Shown here: piece after piece, positions 1 to 9,078 of the stretch
Layout of the letters: the number at the start of each line of letters is the position of its first letter
Numbering within the stretch: the stretch's first letter is position 1
Origin: Clostridia bacterium
GTDB lineage: Bacteria > Bacillota > Clostridia > UMGS1840
Direction of reading: 5' to 3'
Assembly: GCA_017936745.1 (NCBI GenBank)
Contig: JAGBEY010000001.1
Span: 5,111-69,110 of the forward strand
DNA length: 64,000 nt
Translations under genes and position numbers: made by a program
The notes under the pieces: generated by a model
The model's database searches: none
What the model saw: only the letters and a program-made list of their open reading frames with translations
Told to the model about the DNA's origin: nothing

Positions 1-1167
1 TGGGAACACATCCAGTCTCCGGAAAGAATCTTTACCCTTGTGGAAGAATTGCTGGAGGATATTCTGAAAACGTATCCCGTTTCTTCCATCGGAGTAACAG
101 GGCAGATGCACGGAATGCTGCAAATGTCGCATAAGGGAGAGGCTCTTTCTCCTCTTTATACCTGGCAGGATACCCGTGCCAAAGATGACAGCAATGCTTG
201 TGACGAAATTTCAAGGTTAACTCCTCACCGTGTCCCTGCGGGGTATGGACTGGCTACCCAGTATCATTTGATGAACAAAAGGGAAGTTCCTGAGCAACCC
301 TATTATATCTGCACTATTATGGACTATATTATCGCACGGCTTTGCGGAAATTCTCGTCCGGTAATTCATATTACCAATGCGGCATCCTGGGGATTTTATT
401 CCCATACACTGAAAAATTTTGATCTATCTGCTCTTGAAAAACTCGGTATATCGGAACAGATTCTTCCGCTGTTGACAGAAAAAAAAGAGATTGTCGGTTA
501 CTATAAAAGTATTCCGGTTGCCGTTTCTATCGGGGACAATCAGGCTGCATTTATGGGAGCAGTAACCAAGCCGGAAAGCACAGTTTTATTAAATGTGGGT
601 ACGGGAAGTCAGGTGTCTTTGTTATCGGAGAAGATTTCAGAGGGAACCAGCTTGATAGAGGCTCGTCCTTATGATGAAAAGTGCGTGTTGTATAGTGGTT
701 CCGCTTTGTGCGGAGGTCGGGCATATGCTATGTTGGAAAAGTTGTTTCGTACTTATGCAGTTGCCTGTGGGTTACCGGATCAACCCCGATATGATGTGTT
801 AAATGCTTTTGCGAAAGCAGGGGTAGAGCAAGGAACTGTGCCAAAGATTCGTACTACCTTCGCCGGAACGAGGGAAAATCCTGCGGCAAAAGGTTCTGTG
901 ATAGGGCTTGAGGAAGACAATTTTACACCGGAAGGCTTTTCTGCCGGTGTGCTTTACGGCATGGTAAGAGAGCTTTTTGAAATGTACGAAACAATGCCGC
1001 ATGCACATATCCAAACCATAGTTGCATCCGGAAATGGCGTTCGGAAAAATCCGTTGTTGCAGCAGGTGATAGAAACGGTATTTCAACTTCCTGTCACGCT
1101 TCCGGATCATACTGAGGAAGCGGCTTTTGGTGCGGCAAAATTCGGCAGAGAGGCATGTGAATTTTAA
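1..1167 (+). CDS. FGGY-family carbohydrate kinase (xylulokinase/sedoheptulokinase-like), 5' end outside window
   Basis: The reading frame is open from base 1, so the ATG at 40 is internal. It carries the GVTGQMHG motif and the ASGNG...NP / EEAAFGAA C-terminal motifs typical of FGGY kinases. Confidence 0.75.
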   Translation, partial: WEHIQSPERIFTLVEELLEDILKTYPVSSIGVTGQMHGMLQMSHKGEALSPLYTWQDTRAKDDSNACDEISRLTPHRVPAGYGLATQYHLMNKREVPEQPYYICTIMDYIIARLCGNSRPVIHITNAASWGFYSHTLKNFDLSALEKLGISEQILPLLTEKKEIVGYYKSIPVAVSIGDNQAAFMGAVTKPESTVLLNVGTGSQVSLLSEKISEGTSLIEARPYDEKCVLYSGSALCGGRAYAMLEKLFRTYAVACGLPDQPRYDVLNAFAKAGVEQGTVPKIRTTFAGTRENPAAKGSVIGLEEDNFTPEGFSAGVLYGMVRELFEMYETMPHAHIQTIVASGNGVRKNPLLQQVIETVFQLPVTLPDHTEEAAFGAAKFGREACEF

Positions 1168-1245
1168 AAAATAAAAATGCTGTAGTCACAATAAAATGAC
1201 TGCAGCGTTGTTGTATGGTTTCTGTAATAAAAAGGGAGGAACAAT

Positions 1246-1599
1246 ATGAAAAAGTCTTTGATTTTTCTTGGAATATCGCTGTGCTTATTTCTGATTTGTC
1301 CTTGGTTTACCGTGCTGTTTGCCGGGATGAATGGGATGGCGATTTGTTTTTTATTATTTTTTGTAATAAATCCCCTCTTTTTTATTGTGGAGGGCTTACT
1401 TTGCGGTATGAATCTGAAAGGGCACTGGTGGCTTCCCCTTGCTTCGGCTGGAATTTACCTTTTGTCCAGCTGGGTTTTATTTGATATGGGGGAAACTGCA
1501 TTTTTGATTTATGCCGGCTTATATCTGGCAGTAGGGGTACTTTCTATGTTAGGTGCTCATTTAGGAAAAAATTTAAACAATCATACAGAATTGCGGTAG
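1246..1599 (+). CDS. small polytopic membrane protein, unknown function
   Basis: An AGGGAGG Shine-Dalgarno sits 6 nt upstream of the ATG. The 117-aa product is almost entirely hydrophobic, with about 4 predicted TM segments. Confidence 0.5.
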   Translation: MKKSLIFLGISLCLFLICPWFTVLFAGMNGMAICFLLFFVINPLFFIVEGLLCGMNLKGHWWLPLASAGIYLLSSWVLFDMGETAFLIYAGLYLAVGVLSMLGAHLGKNLNNHTELR

Positions 1600-1642
1600 G
1601 AACTTTTTCAAAGCAGTCATAAAAAATGAGGAGGAGTTCTCG

Positions 1643-2593
1643 GTGAAGAAAATCATAGCGGTTTTTCTAAGCGGTTTGTGTGTTTTCCTGAGCGGATGTA
1701 ACGGGAACTTGGTTCAAAAAAATCCCGGATATACAGGAACTACCCAATCCTTAAAACAGGAATTTGGGGTGCAACTGGAAAAACGTCCGCTTCGTATGTT
1801 GAATTTAGATGGCGAGTTGTATTTTGATTCGGGGCTTATCAGCCAAACCGGGGCACGGTGCGGAACATTGGACCGAATACTTGAGAAAACGGTGGAGCCT
1901 GGGGAGATTCCCAGAAAATCCGGCACTGCAAATTTTTCGTGCGAGGGCTGTCAGCTTGTGACAAAAATCACTTGTGAAGTACCCCTTGATGGGCAGTGGC
2001 TTGTTTTTAAAAAGTTTGAGAATCAGGCAGGCGAGACGAAAAATCTGGAAAAATTCCCATATTGTTTCTATATAAAGGGGAGGCTGAACAATGCGGCAAT
2101 TGACAGCGAACTGGTGGTTCTTACTGATGATAAGGAAGTTACCTTTTCAGATGTGTTTGCACCATTATTATCCTCTCAATATTTACCGGATGCTCCCAAA
2201 AAAGCAATTTCCTATGATTTTGTGCAATCAGGAGACAAGTGGGGCATTACCTGCACGCCCAAAAAACTCACCAATCAGGGTATGACCTTGCAGATTGAGC
2301 AGTTTGGCGGGGAATATCAAGGGGAATTGCAGACGGGAGAATGGTTTTCCCTTTCTGTTATGAAAGAGGAGAAATGGATTCCTTTGGAACCCAATCCGTT
2401 AATTGATTATGCGTTTCCGATGACTGCTTATCTGATTCAGGAAAATGATATTACCGAGTTTACCGTGGAGTGGAAATGGCTTTACGGGGAGCTTATGCCC
2501 GGCTATTACCGGCTGGATAAAAAAATTATGGATTTCAAAAAAGCAGGCGAATTTACCGAAGATATTTATTCCGTTTATTTTACCATAGAATAG
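1643..2593 (+). CDS. lipoprotein, unknown function (Ig-like beta-rich C-terminal region)
   Basis: GTG start follows a GAGGAGG SD. The signal peptide ends in the lipobox LSGC. I recognised no catalytic motif. Confidence 0.6.
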   Translation: MKKIIAVFLSGLCVFLSGCNGNLVQKNPGYTGTTQSLKQEFGVQLEKRPLRMLNLDGELYFDSGLISQTGARCGTLDRILEKTVEPGEIPRKSGTANFSCEGCQLVTKITCEVPLDGQWLVFKKFENQAGETKNLEKFPYCFYIKGRLNNAAIDSELVVLTDDKEVTFSDVFAPLLSSQYLPDAPKKAISYDFVQSGDKWGITCTPKKLTNQGMTLQIEQFGGEYQGELQTGEWFSLSVMKEEKWIPLEPNPLIDYAFPMTAYLIQENDITEFTVEWKWLYGELMPGYYRLDKKIMDFKKAGEFTEDIYSVYFTIE

Positions 2594-2603
2594 GAGAGTT
2601 AGG

Positions 2604-3308
2604 ATGAAAAAAATATTTGTATTATTGTTGGCATTGATACTTTGTCTCAGTGCTTGCACAAAAGAGCAAACCCCTTCCGGACAAGATACAAAGGAACCGG
2701 AACAGACACAACAGACTGAGACGGAGCAGGAAAAAAAGGAAGAGAAGGAGCGGGAGCTTAGCCAGGAGGAAATCGTCAATTATATGTCGCTCACTTATGT
2801 GAACGGGGCATCCACTGATGCCAATTATCCGGTGGATACCGAGGTTGTACTTCCCGACAGACATTTTGTGTTTGAAGATGTGGTTTCCAATCCGGCAGAG
2901 CTGTTAACCTATGAGTATTTCTATGCCATCGGAACCGGGGATTATGAATATCTCGTTGACCATACGGTAGGTTCTGATTTAAAACGAGGAATCCAAACCA
3001 TTATAAAAACGGATGCTAACGGTATTTTTTATAAAAAGGTGACACTTCAAGAAATGGAAATTGTACCCATTGAGCAGTTTTTCGATTTTAAATATGATTT
3101 TTGTGAAGATGTGGCAACCATGGCGGGCAATTACCGCCTTTCGGAGTATACCGTGGTAAAAGCAAGAGCAAGTTATGAATATAATGAACTGTCGCTTGAA
3201 ATGGATCCGGAATTGGAGGGCGGCGAGATTACCCGCTATTTGCTTGTGGGACGTACCGATGGAGACTATTACCTTTTGGAAGTGTATGGGGAAGATTATG
3301 TAAAATAA
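2604..3308 (+). CDS. lipoprotein with acidic E/K/Q/T-rich linker, unknown function
   Basis: The signal peptide carries the lipobox LSAC, followed by a low-complexity TQQTETEQEKKEEKERE linker and a globular C-terminal domain. Confidence 0.6.
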   Translation: MKKIFVLLLALILCLSACTKEQTPSGQDTKEPEQTQQTETEQEKKEEKERELSQEEIVNYMSLTYVNGASTDANYPVDTEVVLPDRHFVFEDVVSNPAELLTYEYFYAIGTGDYEYLVDHTVGSDLKRGIQTIIKTDANGIFYKKVTLQEMEIVPIEQFFDFKYDFCEDVATMAGNYRLSEYTVVKARASYEYNELSLEMDPELEGGEITRYLLVGRTDGDYYLLEVYGEDYVK

Positions 3309-3327
3309 CTTCCGCAAGGAGCTTTTT

Positions 3328-4698
3328 ATGAAACAAAAACTTTTCATTTTGATGGTGACCTTGATGCTCATTTTCTGTAACGGCAGTGTTTTGGCACAAA
3401 AAAACTGTAGCAGTTGGGCAGAAGAAACCATCTTGTTTGCCGAAAAATGCAGTATTTTAACTCCGGAAAACAAGTGGGATTACCGCGAGCCGATGAAGCG
3501 GGGAGAGCTTGTCACGCTTCTTCTTCGGACCTATGAAAATGTAACGGAAGAAGAAATCCCCGTTGCACAAACCGGCTTTTTTTCCGATGCATCAAAGGAC
3601 GCGACCTCTGTCTACCTTTTAGGGATTATGAACGGAGTCGGAGGGGGATTGTTTTCTCCTGACACTGTTGTTACCAGAGAGCAGATTTCCAAAATTATTC
3701 TTACCTTGCAGGCAGTTTGTGAAGAACGGGAGCTGGTTTTACCGGAGGCATATTATAATCCGTTAACCGATTTTATGTCCGTTTCTGACTGGGCGAAGCC
3801 TTATGTGGAGCAAGCCTATAACAAAGGGATTGTGACGGGATATGAGGACGGTAGCTTTCGTGGAGATAAGACGGTCTCCAAGGAGGAGGCTGTTGCACTG
3901 CTGGTTCGCTGTGTTTCCTTACGGGAGCATACAGAAAAAATTCCTGTGAGCGATACTCTTTTTTGGGATATAAAAGATGCTTATGAAGCCGGGGAGCTTA
4001 CTGTAAACTGGAATCGCATTCAAGGAGAAAACGAGTACCGTTTCACGGTTTATGAGCAGAGAAACTCCCGCCACGAAGGGGATATTCCCCCAAATGAACC
4101 AAAAAATTATACTTATACCAAAGAAAATTCGCACACATTGTATCTCTACCCGAACCGCACCTATCGTCTGGAGCTTTGTGCAGGGGAACAAATTCTGACG
4201 AAGGAATTTTATGTGCCCAAATTGCAGCTTCCTGACCGGGAGGAGTTGGTTCTTCCCGAAACCAAGGAGGAGGCAGACCCGCTGATGGCGGAGGTCACTG
4301 TTCCGGTTTGGCGTATGAAGCAGGATGGCACAAAATATGAGTCCCAAATGGCTGTGACCGTTCAGGCAAAGCTGGCGGATAGGATTGTTAAAATTTTTGA
4401 AGAAATCTACCAAGGCGAAGAACGGTTTCCCGTGAAAGATTTGGGAGGATATGCCTTTCGGGGCGGTACCAGTGAGCATAACTGGGGCACTGCGGTGGAT
4501 TTGAATGCCAACGAAAATTACTGCATTTATAAAGATGGAACTACGGTAGGAGAATGCTGGGAACCCTATGAAAATCCCTTTTCCGTAACTCCTTACGGTG
4601 ATGTGGTGAATGCCTTTGAAAAATACGGCTTTACCTGGGGTGGCGATGCCTGGAACTCCACCAAGGATTATATGCATTTTTCTTATCTGGGAACATAG
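3328..4698 (+). CDS. SLH-domain cell-wall-anchored M15 (VanY/D-Ala-D-Ala carboxypeptidase-like) peptidase
   Basis: A signal peptide is followed by three SLH-like segments (for example FSDWAKPYVEQAYNKGIVTGYEDGSFRGDKTVSKEEA). The C-terminal region has the zinc-ligand pattern SEHNWGTAVDLN ... DYMHFSY typical of M15 peptidases. Confidence 0.75.
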   Translation: MKQKLFILMVTLMLIFCNGSVLAQKNCSSWAEETILFAEKCSILTPENKWDYREPMKRGELVTLLLRTYENVTEEEIPVAQTGFFSDASKDATSVYLLGIMNGVGGGLFSPDTVVTREQISKIILTLQAVCEERELVLPEAYYNPLTDFMSVSDWAKPYVEQAYNKGIVTGYEDGSFRGDKTVSKEEAVALLVRCVSLREHTEKIPVSDTLFWDIKDAYEAGELTVNWNRIQGENEYRFTVYEQRNSRHEGDIPPNEPKNYTYTKENSHTLYLYPNRTYRLELCAGEQILTKEFYVPKLQLPDREELVLPETKEEADPLMAEVTVPVWRMKQDGTKYESQMAVTVQAKLADRIVKIFEEIYQGEERFPVKDLGGYAFRGGTSEHNWGTAVDLNANENYCIYKDGTTVGECWEPYENPFSVTPYGDVVNAFEKYGFTWGGDAWNSTKDYMHFSYLGT

Positions 4699-4710
4699 AG
4701 GTGAAACAGT

Positions 4711-5382
4711 ATGAAACGAAAAACAGCCGTTTTGCTGATTGTTTTAGCGGTGCTGTTGATTGGAATCGGACTTTTGGTGTGGTGGCAATGGAACAATCTT
4801 ACTGCCATTCGTTATGCCATGCAGTATACCGCTGAGCAAAAGCAGGAAATGGCAGAAAAGAACGAAGCTGTGATGAAAGAGCTGACAGAAACATTTTCCG
4901 GGGTAGACTTTGGTTTGTTACCCGAAGAAGCAAAAACACAGCTTTCTAACGGAGAACTGTCGGAAGAAACAGCGGTTGCCATTCTGACCGGGAAACTCAC
5001 TTGGGAGGAATACCGGGCAAAAGAAACGACTGCAAACGGGACCCAGACCCCGGTGCAACCTTCACGAGTGGATGATATCATCGCAAAAATCTATGTGCTT
5101 CGTGCAAGTTATACCGGAAAAATTGACGGTCTGGTAGGACAAGCGTTGTCCGATTATCGTGCAAAAAAAGGGACAAAAAGCGAGCTGATTTCCCGATATG
5201 TGAGTATGGGCTATGCTCTGGAGGGAGAATGTGACGCTCAAATGGAAGCCCTTCTTTCCGAACTCCAAACCGAGCTGAAACGAACCGGTGAAGACAGCAG
5301 TCTGATTGGGAAAATCCGGTCTGCTTACCAAACGGAGAAAAGCCTGAAGAAGGCCTCCATCATCGAGAAATACCAAAAATAA
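4711..5382 (+). CDS. membrane-anchored hypothetical protein (single N-terminal TM, helical/coiled ectodomain)
   Basis: GAGGTG SD upstream. The N-terminal hydrophobic helix is AVLLIVLAVLLIGIGLLVWW and the remainder is charged. No family recognised. Confidence 0.55.
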   Translation: MKRKTAVLLIVLAVLLIGIGLLVWWQWNNLTAIRYAMQYTAEQKQEMAEKNEAVMKELTETFSGVDFGLLPEEAKTQLSNGELSEETAVAILTGKLTWEEYRAKETTANGTQTPVQPSRVDDIIAKIYVLRASYTGKIDGLVGQALSDYRAKKGTKSELISRYVSMGYALEGECDAQMEALLSELQTELKRTGEDSSLIGKIRSAYQTEKSLKKASIIEKYQK

Positions 5383-5385
5383 CTT

Positions 5386-5563
5386 GATAAAAGAATGCAG
5401 ATTGCGACAAGCACGGGGGACAGAAATAAATTTTTTTCAAAGTGAAATTTCGTTAGAGAACGAAATTTGATTTTAATGTGCTTGTCGCTATGCACAAACT
5501 TCCCCTCTCGCAGTACTGATGTACAGCTTCGGGGTCAGTTTGTGCATTCTGCATCCTTTTCTC
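5386..5563. repeat. nested inverted-repeat module A (three-helix architecture)
   Basis: The outer arms 5386-5401 and 5548-5563 match at 14 of 16 positions. They enclose hairpin 5404-5414/5478-5488, which itself contains the perfect hairpin 5445-5468, and hairpin 5491-5505/5531-5546. The 12-nt direct repeat AACTTGATAAAA occurs at 5381-5392 and 5574-5585. Confidence 0.45.
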
Positions 5564-5585
5564 TGCGTTATCAAACTTGATAAAA

Positions 5586-5686
5586 TTGCCCAAAACAGAT
5601 AAACCTCACCGCTCGCCGTACACATCGGTACGGCTTCGGGCTTGGTCAAAGCAGAGCTTTGACTTTGGTTTCTCCGTTTGGAGCAA
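5586..5686. repeat. nested inverted-repeat module B
   Basis: The outer arms 5586-5605 and 5667-5686 match at 16 of 20 positions. They enclose hairpins CCGTAC-N6-GTACGG (5616-5633) and GTCAAAG-N5-CTTTGAC (5645-5663). Confidence 0.4.
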
Positions 5687-5730
5687 TTTTCTCCATGTTG
5701 TTGATAGCGATACCGAATTATTCTAATACA

Positions 5731-5765
5731 AAAAAGAGCAAGAAGAAAATCTTCTTGCTCTTTTT
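5731..5765. terminator. bidirectional intrinsic terminator
   Basis: AAAAAGAGCAAGAAG-AAAAT-CTTCTTGCTCTTTTT forms a perfect stem flanked by an A-run and a T-run. It lies immediately after the stop of the minus-strand BlaR1-like gene. Confidence 0.7.
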
Positions 5766-5766
5766 G

Positions 5767-8442
5767 CTACCGCGGCATTTCGCCTACAAAATCAGTCATT
5801 TTGACGGGAGTCCATTCCACTCCTGTGGGGGCGGAGTTGTGATAAAGGGTGGGAGTCGTGCCATTGTAAACAATTTTAAACTCCAGGCTCATTTCGATGG
5901 GCTTAAGATAGGCTTCTTTTAAACGTTCGTATTTTTCTTTATTTCCTGCCTCTTTTTCTTTTATGATGTAGTCCACCTTGTCGGGGTCCCGATTCCAGTT
6001 CTGGTCAGTGGTGTGATAGGTGAAGGTTGCCTCGTTTCCCGATTCCCTCCAGTTTGAAATTTCCTGAGAGATACATTGATAATAAGGAGAAAAGGCGTTG
6101 ATATATTCGGTTTCCATATACTGTTTTGTCACCACATACAGTGCAGATTTTACTTCGGAGGCGGTGAATGCATTCAGCTTGATAAACAGCCGTTGGGCAT
6201 CCAGTCCCCGTTCGTTGGAATAGGGAGAAGACAGGAGAAGCTCTGCAGTGTCGTAGTTAAAAATGTAGAGCTTGGGATAGGTGGTGCCGTCTTCTTTTTC
6301 AATGTATAGCATATAGAAATATAAATTTTTATCTAAGAATTTTGTGCGGTCATAAATTCGCCGTTGGTCCATGCTTTCTACGGAAAAATTGGGGTCATAG
6401 CCAGTAAGCCGAATGAGCTTTTCAATTTCGCCCAAGTGTTTTTCCTCTAAAATGATATGCCACGCCATACCTGAATTGACCATAACGGATTCGTTTGGTT
6501 TTAAGTGCTTTTGCACCTCGTTTGAAATCAGCTGGGGAATGGGGGTAAAGGTAAAGCTTTTGAGCATCATAGCCACTTCGTTTTCATCAAACATTCCCGT
6601 TTCAAAAAACAGCACCGCATAGGTATCCTTTTTGGTAGGATATTCTAAGAAATACATGGTTATTTTGTGGGTGTCGGAATTACCCGAGGCTGCGGGATTT
6701 CCTTGTGTTTCGGTGACCTGATAGATGGAGTAGGGATAGCCCATAATGGGAGTGATTACGGTATCCTCCGAATGATTGTTGATTTGCGAACGCTGGTCAA
6801 GATGAGGGATAGAAACCTCCTCTGCCACACCCAATGCTTTTCCCTCGGAAAAAATATCGTGATAGCCGGGATAGTCGGCTAAAAAGTAAGGGGTTTCGTC
6901 GCTCCAGAAGTGGAACAGTGTTCCGGGAATGGAGGTGAGACGGGCGTGAAAGGGATAATACTCATCTTTGACATTACCGGTACGTTTATTCAGGTGAATA
7001 TTATCGACATTACCTTTCTGATAGGAAAGGTAATACACCGTTTCTCCCTGCACAATGCAACGGTCGGCAATCCACCCCTCACCGTGTGGGATTAAAAGCT
7101 CGGTTTCCCGACGGGGAATGGGCAGAGACAATGCAGCTTGTCTGGTCTGTTTTACTTTTCCGCTTTGGGTATCAATCAGATAATTGTCGAATTTTTTTAC
7201 GATATCTTCCTGACCCTGGCTGGTTAACAGAATGGTTTTGCCGTCTTTTGACACCGAAACCGAAAGTACAACTTCGCCTTGGGAATGGGGTGCACAGTTG
7301 AATTTGTTTAAATCGAATTTATGAAGTATTTTATCTTGCCGGATGTCGTATACAAACAGTCCGTCCAGATAGTGAAACACAGCAGTGGTTTCGTCGGCGT
7401 AATCCAGTTCAGCCATAATTGCACCCATGGGACGATTGATATAGCTTACATATTGTTTTTCCGACATGGTATAGTCGGTGACCGAATCGGTCAGAAAGAG
7501 AACACTTAAGATGACTGCAAGCAGGGAAAGAAGCATAACCCAAATCAATTTCGGCTTTTGAAAGCAAGAAAGATAGTGGATACGGCGCTGTACTTCTTTT
7601 TTGCCGTTTTGCAGCGAGGTTGTTCCCAAAATAAACCGATTTTTGGAAAGTGCAGTTTTCAAAAGCAGGGTTGCATAGTCCTTTTTGCTTTCCACATAGG
7701 GAAGCACCCGCTCGTCGCAATATACCTCAATATCACGACGTAACACAAAGAAGCAGTACCAGATAACGGGGTTGAACCAGTTTAAGCAAAGCACCAGCAT
7801 GGCAAGCCATAAAATCAGAATATCGTGGTGCTTATGATGACAAAGCTCGTGTAGAAAAACTGCCTTCAAATCCGAGGGGGAATAGCTGATTTCAGGCAGA
7901 ATCAGCTTGGGATTGCGGATTCCCGTCAGCATCGGAGTGGAGGCACCGCTTAACAAAGTGATTTTTGATTTCATTCCCAGGAGATTCTGACATTCCTCCA
8001 AGACAGAAAGGGTCTCGGAGTCTGTAATGGGAATTGCTTTTTTTAATCGGAGCTGCAGGCTTAGGTAGACAATGAAAAAATAAAAAAACATGGTAACTGC
8101 GCCTGCGATGTAAATTGCATCCCATAGATTGTAGCGGCCTGTCTGCTTTGATTCAACTTCCCTGGGCATCACATCGGTTGTCGGGATACTTTCTGTGGAA
8201 AACGGCCCCACCTGCGTTGTAGGAACAGATGGCGAAACCGCAAGCATCGGCGGTTGAGGAACTGCGTTAAAAACCGAGAAATTACTTTGGGGAAGTGTGG
8301 GAATTGCCACTCTTATGAGAAGCAAAATCCAAAGCCATACCTGCCATTTTGCAGAAAGCTTGTTTTTGAAAATTCCTTTGAACAACAGCAATCCCAATGC
8401 GGTGACAGTGACAAACAGACTGTGCTGAAATAAGCTTGTCAT
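5767..8442 (-). CDS. BlaR1/MecR1-family M56 peptidase signal transducer with large non-PBP extracellular domain
   Basis: It has N-terminal TM helices and the M56 zinc motif FLHELCHHKHHD, then another TM (LIWVMLLSLLAVILSVLFL) and about 570 aa of extracytoplasmic sequence with no obvious SxxK penicillin-binding motif. It abuts the blaI-like gene. Confidence 0.8.
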   Translation of the reverse strand: MTSLFQHSLFVTVTALGLLLFKGIFKNKLSAKWQVWLWILLLIRVAIPTLPQSNFSVFNAVPQPPMLAVSPSVPTTQVGPFSTESIPTTDVMPREVESKQTGRYNLWDAIYIAGAVTMFFYFFIVYLSLQLRLKKAIPITDSETLSVLEECQNLLGMKSKITLLSGASTPMLTGIRNPKLILPEISYSPSDLKAVFLHELCHHKHHDILILWLAMLVLCLNWFNPVIWYCFFVLRRDIEVYCDERVLPYVESKKDYATLLLKTALSKNRFILGTTSLQNGKKEVQRRIHYLSCFQKPKLIWVMLLSLLAVILSVLFLTDSVTDYTMSEKQYVSYINRPMGAIMAELDYADETTAVFHYLDGLFVYDIRQDKILHKFDLNKFNCAPHSQGEVVLSVSVSKDGKTILLTSQGQEDIVKKFDNYLIDTQSGKVKQTRQAALSLPIPRRETELLIPHGEGWIADRCIVQGETVYYLSYQKGNVDNIHLNKRTGNVKDEYYPFHARLTSIPGTLFHFWSDETPYFLADYPGYHDIFSEGKALGVAEEVSIPHLDQRSQINNHSEDTVITPIMGYPYSIYQVTETQGNPAASGNSDTHKITMYFLEYPTKKDTYAVLFFETGMFDENEVAMMLKSFTFTPIPQLISNEVQKHLKPNESVMVNSGMAWHIILEEKHLGEIEKLIRLTGYDPNFSVESMDQRRIYDRTKFLDKNLYFYMLYIEKEDGTTYPKLYIFNYDTAELLLSSPYSNERGLDAQRLFIKLNAFTASEVKSALYVVTKQYMETEYINAFSPYYQCISQEISNWRESGNEATFTYHTTDQNWNRDPDKVDYIIKEKEAGNKEKYERLKEAYLKPIEMSLEFKIVYNGTTPTLYHNSAPTGVEWTPVKMTDFVGEMPR

Positions 8443-8444
8443 AG

Positions 8445-8822
8445 TTACACTCCTCCCTCCATTTTATCAATAAGCTCCATTAGCTTTTTTGTTTCTTCTT
8501 CTGTCAGTTTACTTTCGGAGGCTAAGTTTGTCATCATCATTTTTACCGAACCGTGGTAAATCCGCGATAAAAAATGACGGGTTTCCTTTTTCTGACAGTC
8601 CTTTTCGCTTACCGATGGAGTATAAAGAAAATGCCCGCCCGAATTATCTGCCTTAACCACGCCCTTTTGCACCAGCCTCCGCACCAGCGTTTTTATGGTG
8701 GATTCACTCCAGTCGGTGTCCGATAGGGCAGCTTTGATATCTCCGATGGTTTGATTGGGTGATTGCCAAAGCACCTCCATAATTCTCCATTCGGTTTCTG
8801 CAATTTTATAATTCTGCTGCAT
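8445..8822 (-). CDS. blaI: BlaI/MecI/CopY-family winged-helix transcriptional repressor
   Basis: I moved the start to the ATG at 8822 (MQQNYKIAETEWRIMEVLW...), which is preceded by a GGAGGGAG SD. The longer ORF to 8906 would run through its own promoter and operators. The N-terminal motif is typical of the family. Confidence 0.85.
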   Translation of the reverse strand: MQQNYKIAETEWRIMEVLWQSPNQTIGDIKAALSDTDWSESTIKTLVRRLVQKGVVKADNSGGHFLYTPSVSEKDCQKKETRHFLSRIYHGSVKMMMTNLASESKLTEEETKKLMELIDKMEGGV

Positions 8823-8834
8823 ATTTCTCCCTCC

Positions 8835-8883
8835 GTTTACAAATGTAACCTCTGTTTTTTTCTTTAGTTTACACTTGTAACCC
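8835..8883 (-). promoter_or_regulatory. two BlaI-type operator dyads (TTACA-NN-TGTAA)
   Basis: On the minus strand, GGTTACAAGTGTAAAC (8867-8882) and GGTTACATTTGTAAAC (8835-8850) both match the canonical staphylococcal/Bacillus BlaI/MecI dyad TTACAnnTGTAA. Confidence 0.55.
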
Positions 8884-8894
8884 GAATTTGTCAA
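8866..8894 (-). promoter_or_regulatory. sigmaA-type promoter of blaI-blaR1-like operon
   Basis: On the minus strand, TTGACA (8889-8894) is followed by a 17-nt spacer and TAAACT (8866-8871). The upstream operator dyad overlaps the spacer and -10. Confidence 0.5.
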
Positions 8895-8987
8895 GAGATA
8901 TTTCAATATTTTTCTAAAAAAATGGCAGTATTGTATAAAACATAGTTGAATTTTGGATAAAATTCCGTAGAAAATGCCTGAAAGCTA

Positions 8988-9016
8988 TTGCTATTTTGGA
9001 ATTGGTGTGCTATAAT
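8988..9016 (+). promoter_or_regulatory. sigmaA-type promoter of polysaccharide locus
   Basis: TTGCTA (8988-8993) is followed by a 17-nt spacer and an extended -10, TGcTATAAT, whose hexamer lies at 9011-9016. Confidence 0.5.
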
Positions 9017-9078
9017 AATGTAGTTAAAGTGTAACGTTTTACAAAATAACGGAATCAAAGTTGCCGGAGGTATTTGGC

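Noticed and set aside
5659-5922. 87-aa plus-strand ORF spanning the terminator and the 3' end of the BlaR1-like gene
   Set aside because: It runs through a strong bidirectional terminator and overlaps the well-supported minus-strand gene in antisense. It has no SD.
9030-9043. TGTAA-CGTT-TTACA motif just downstream of the polysaccharide-locus promoter, as a possible BlaI operator linking the sensor pair to glycan synthesis
   Set aside because: The half-sites are everted (TGTAA-N4-TTACA) relative to the two canonical TTACA-NN-TGTAA dyads at the blaI promoter, and the spacing differs. A similar everted pattern also occurs by chance inside the terminator at 28651-28670. The evidence is insufficient, although EMSA would settle it.
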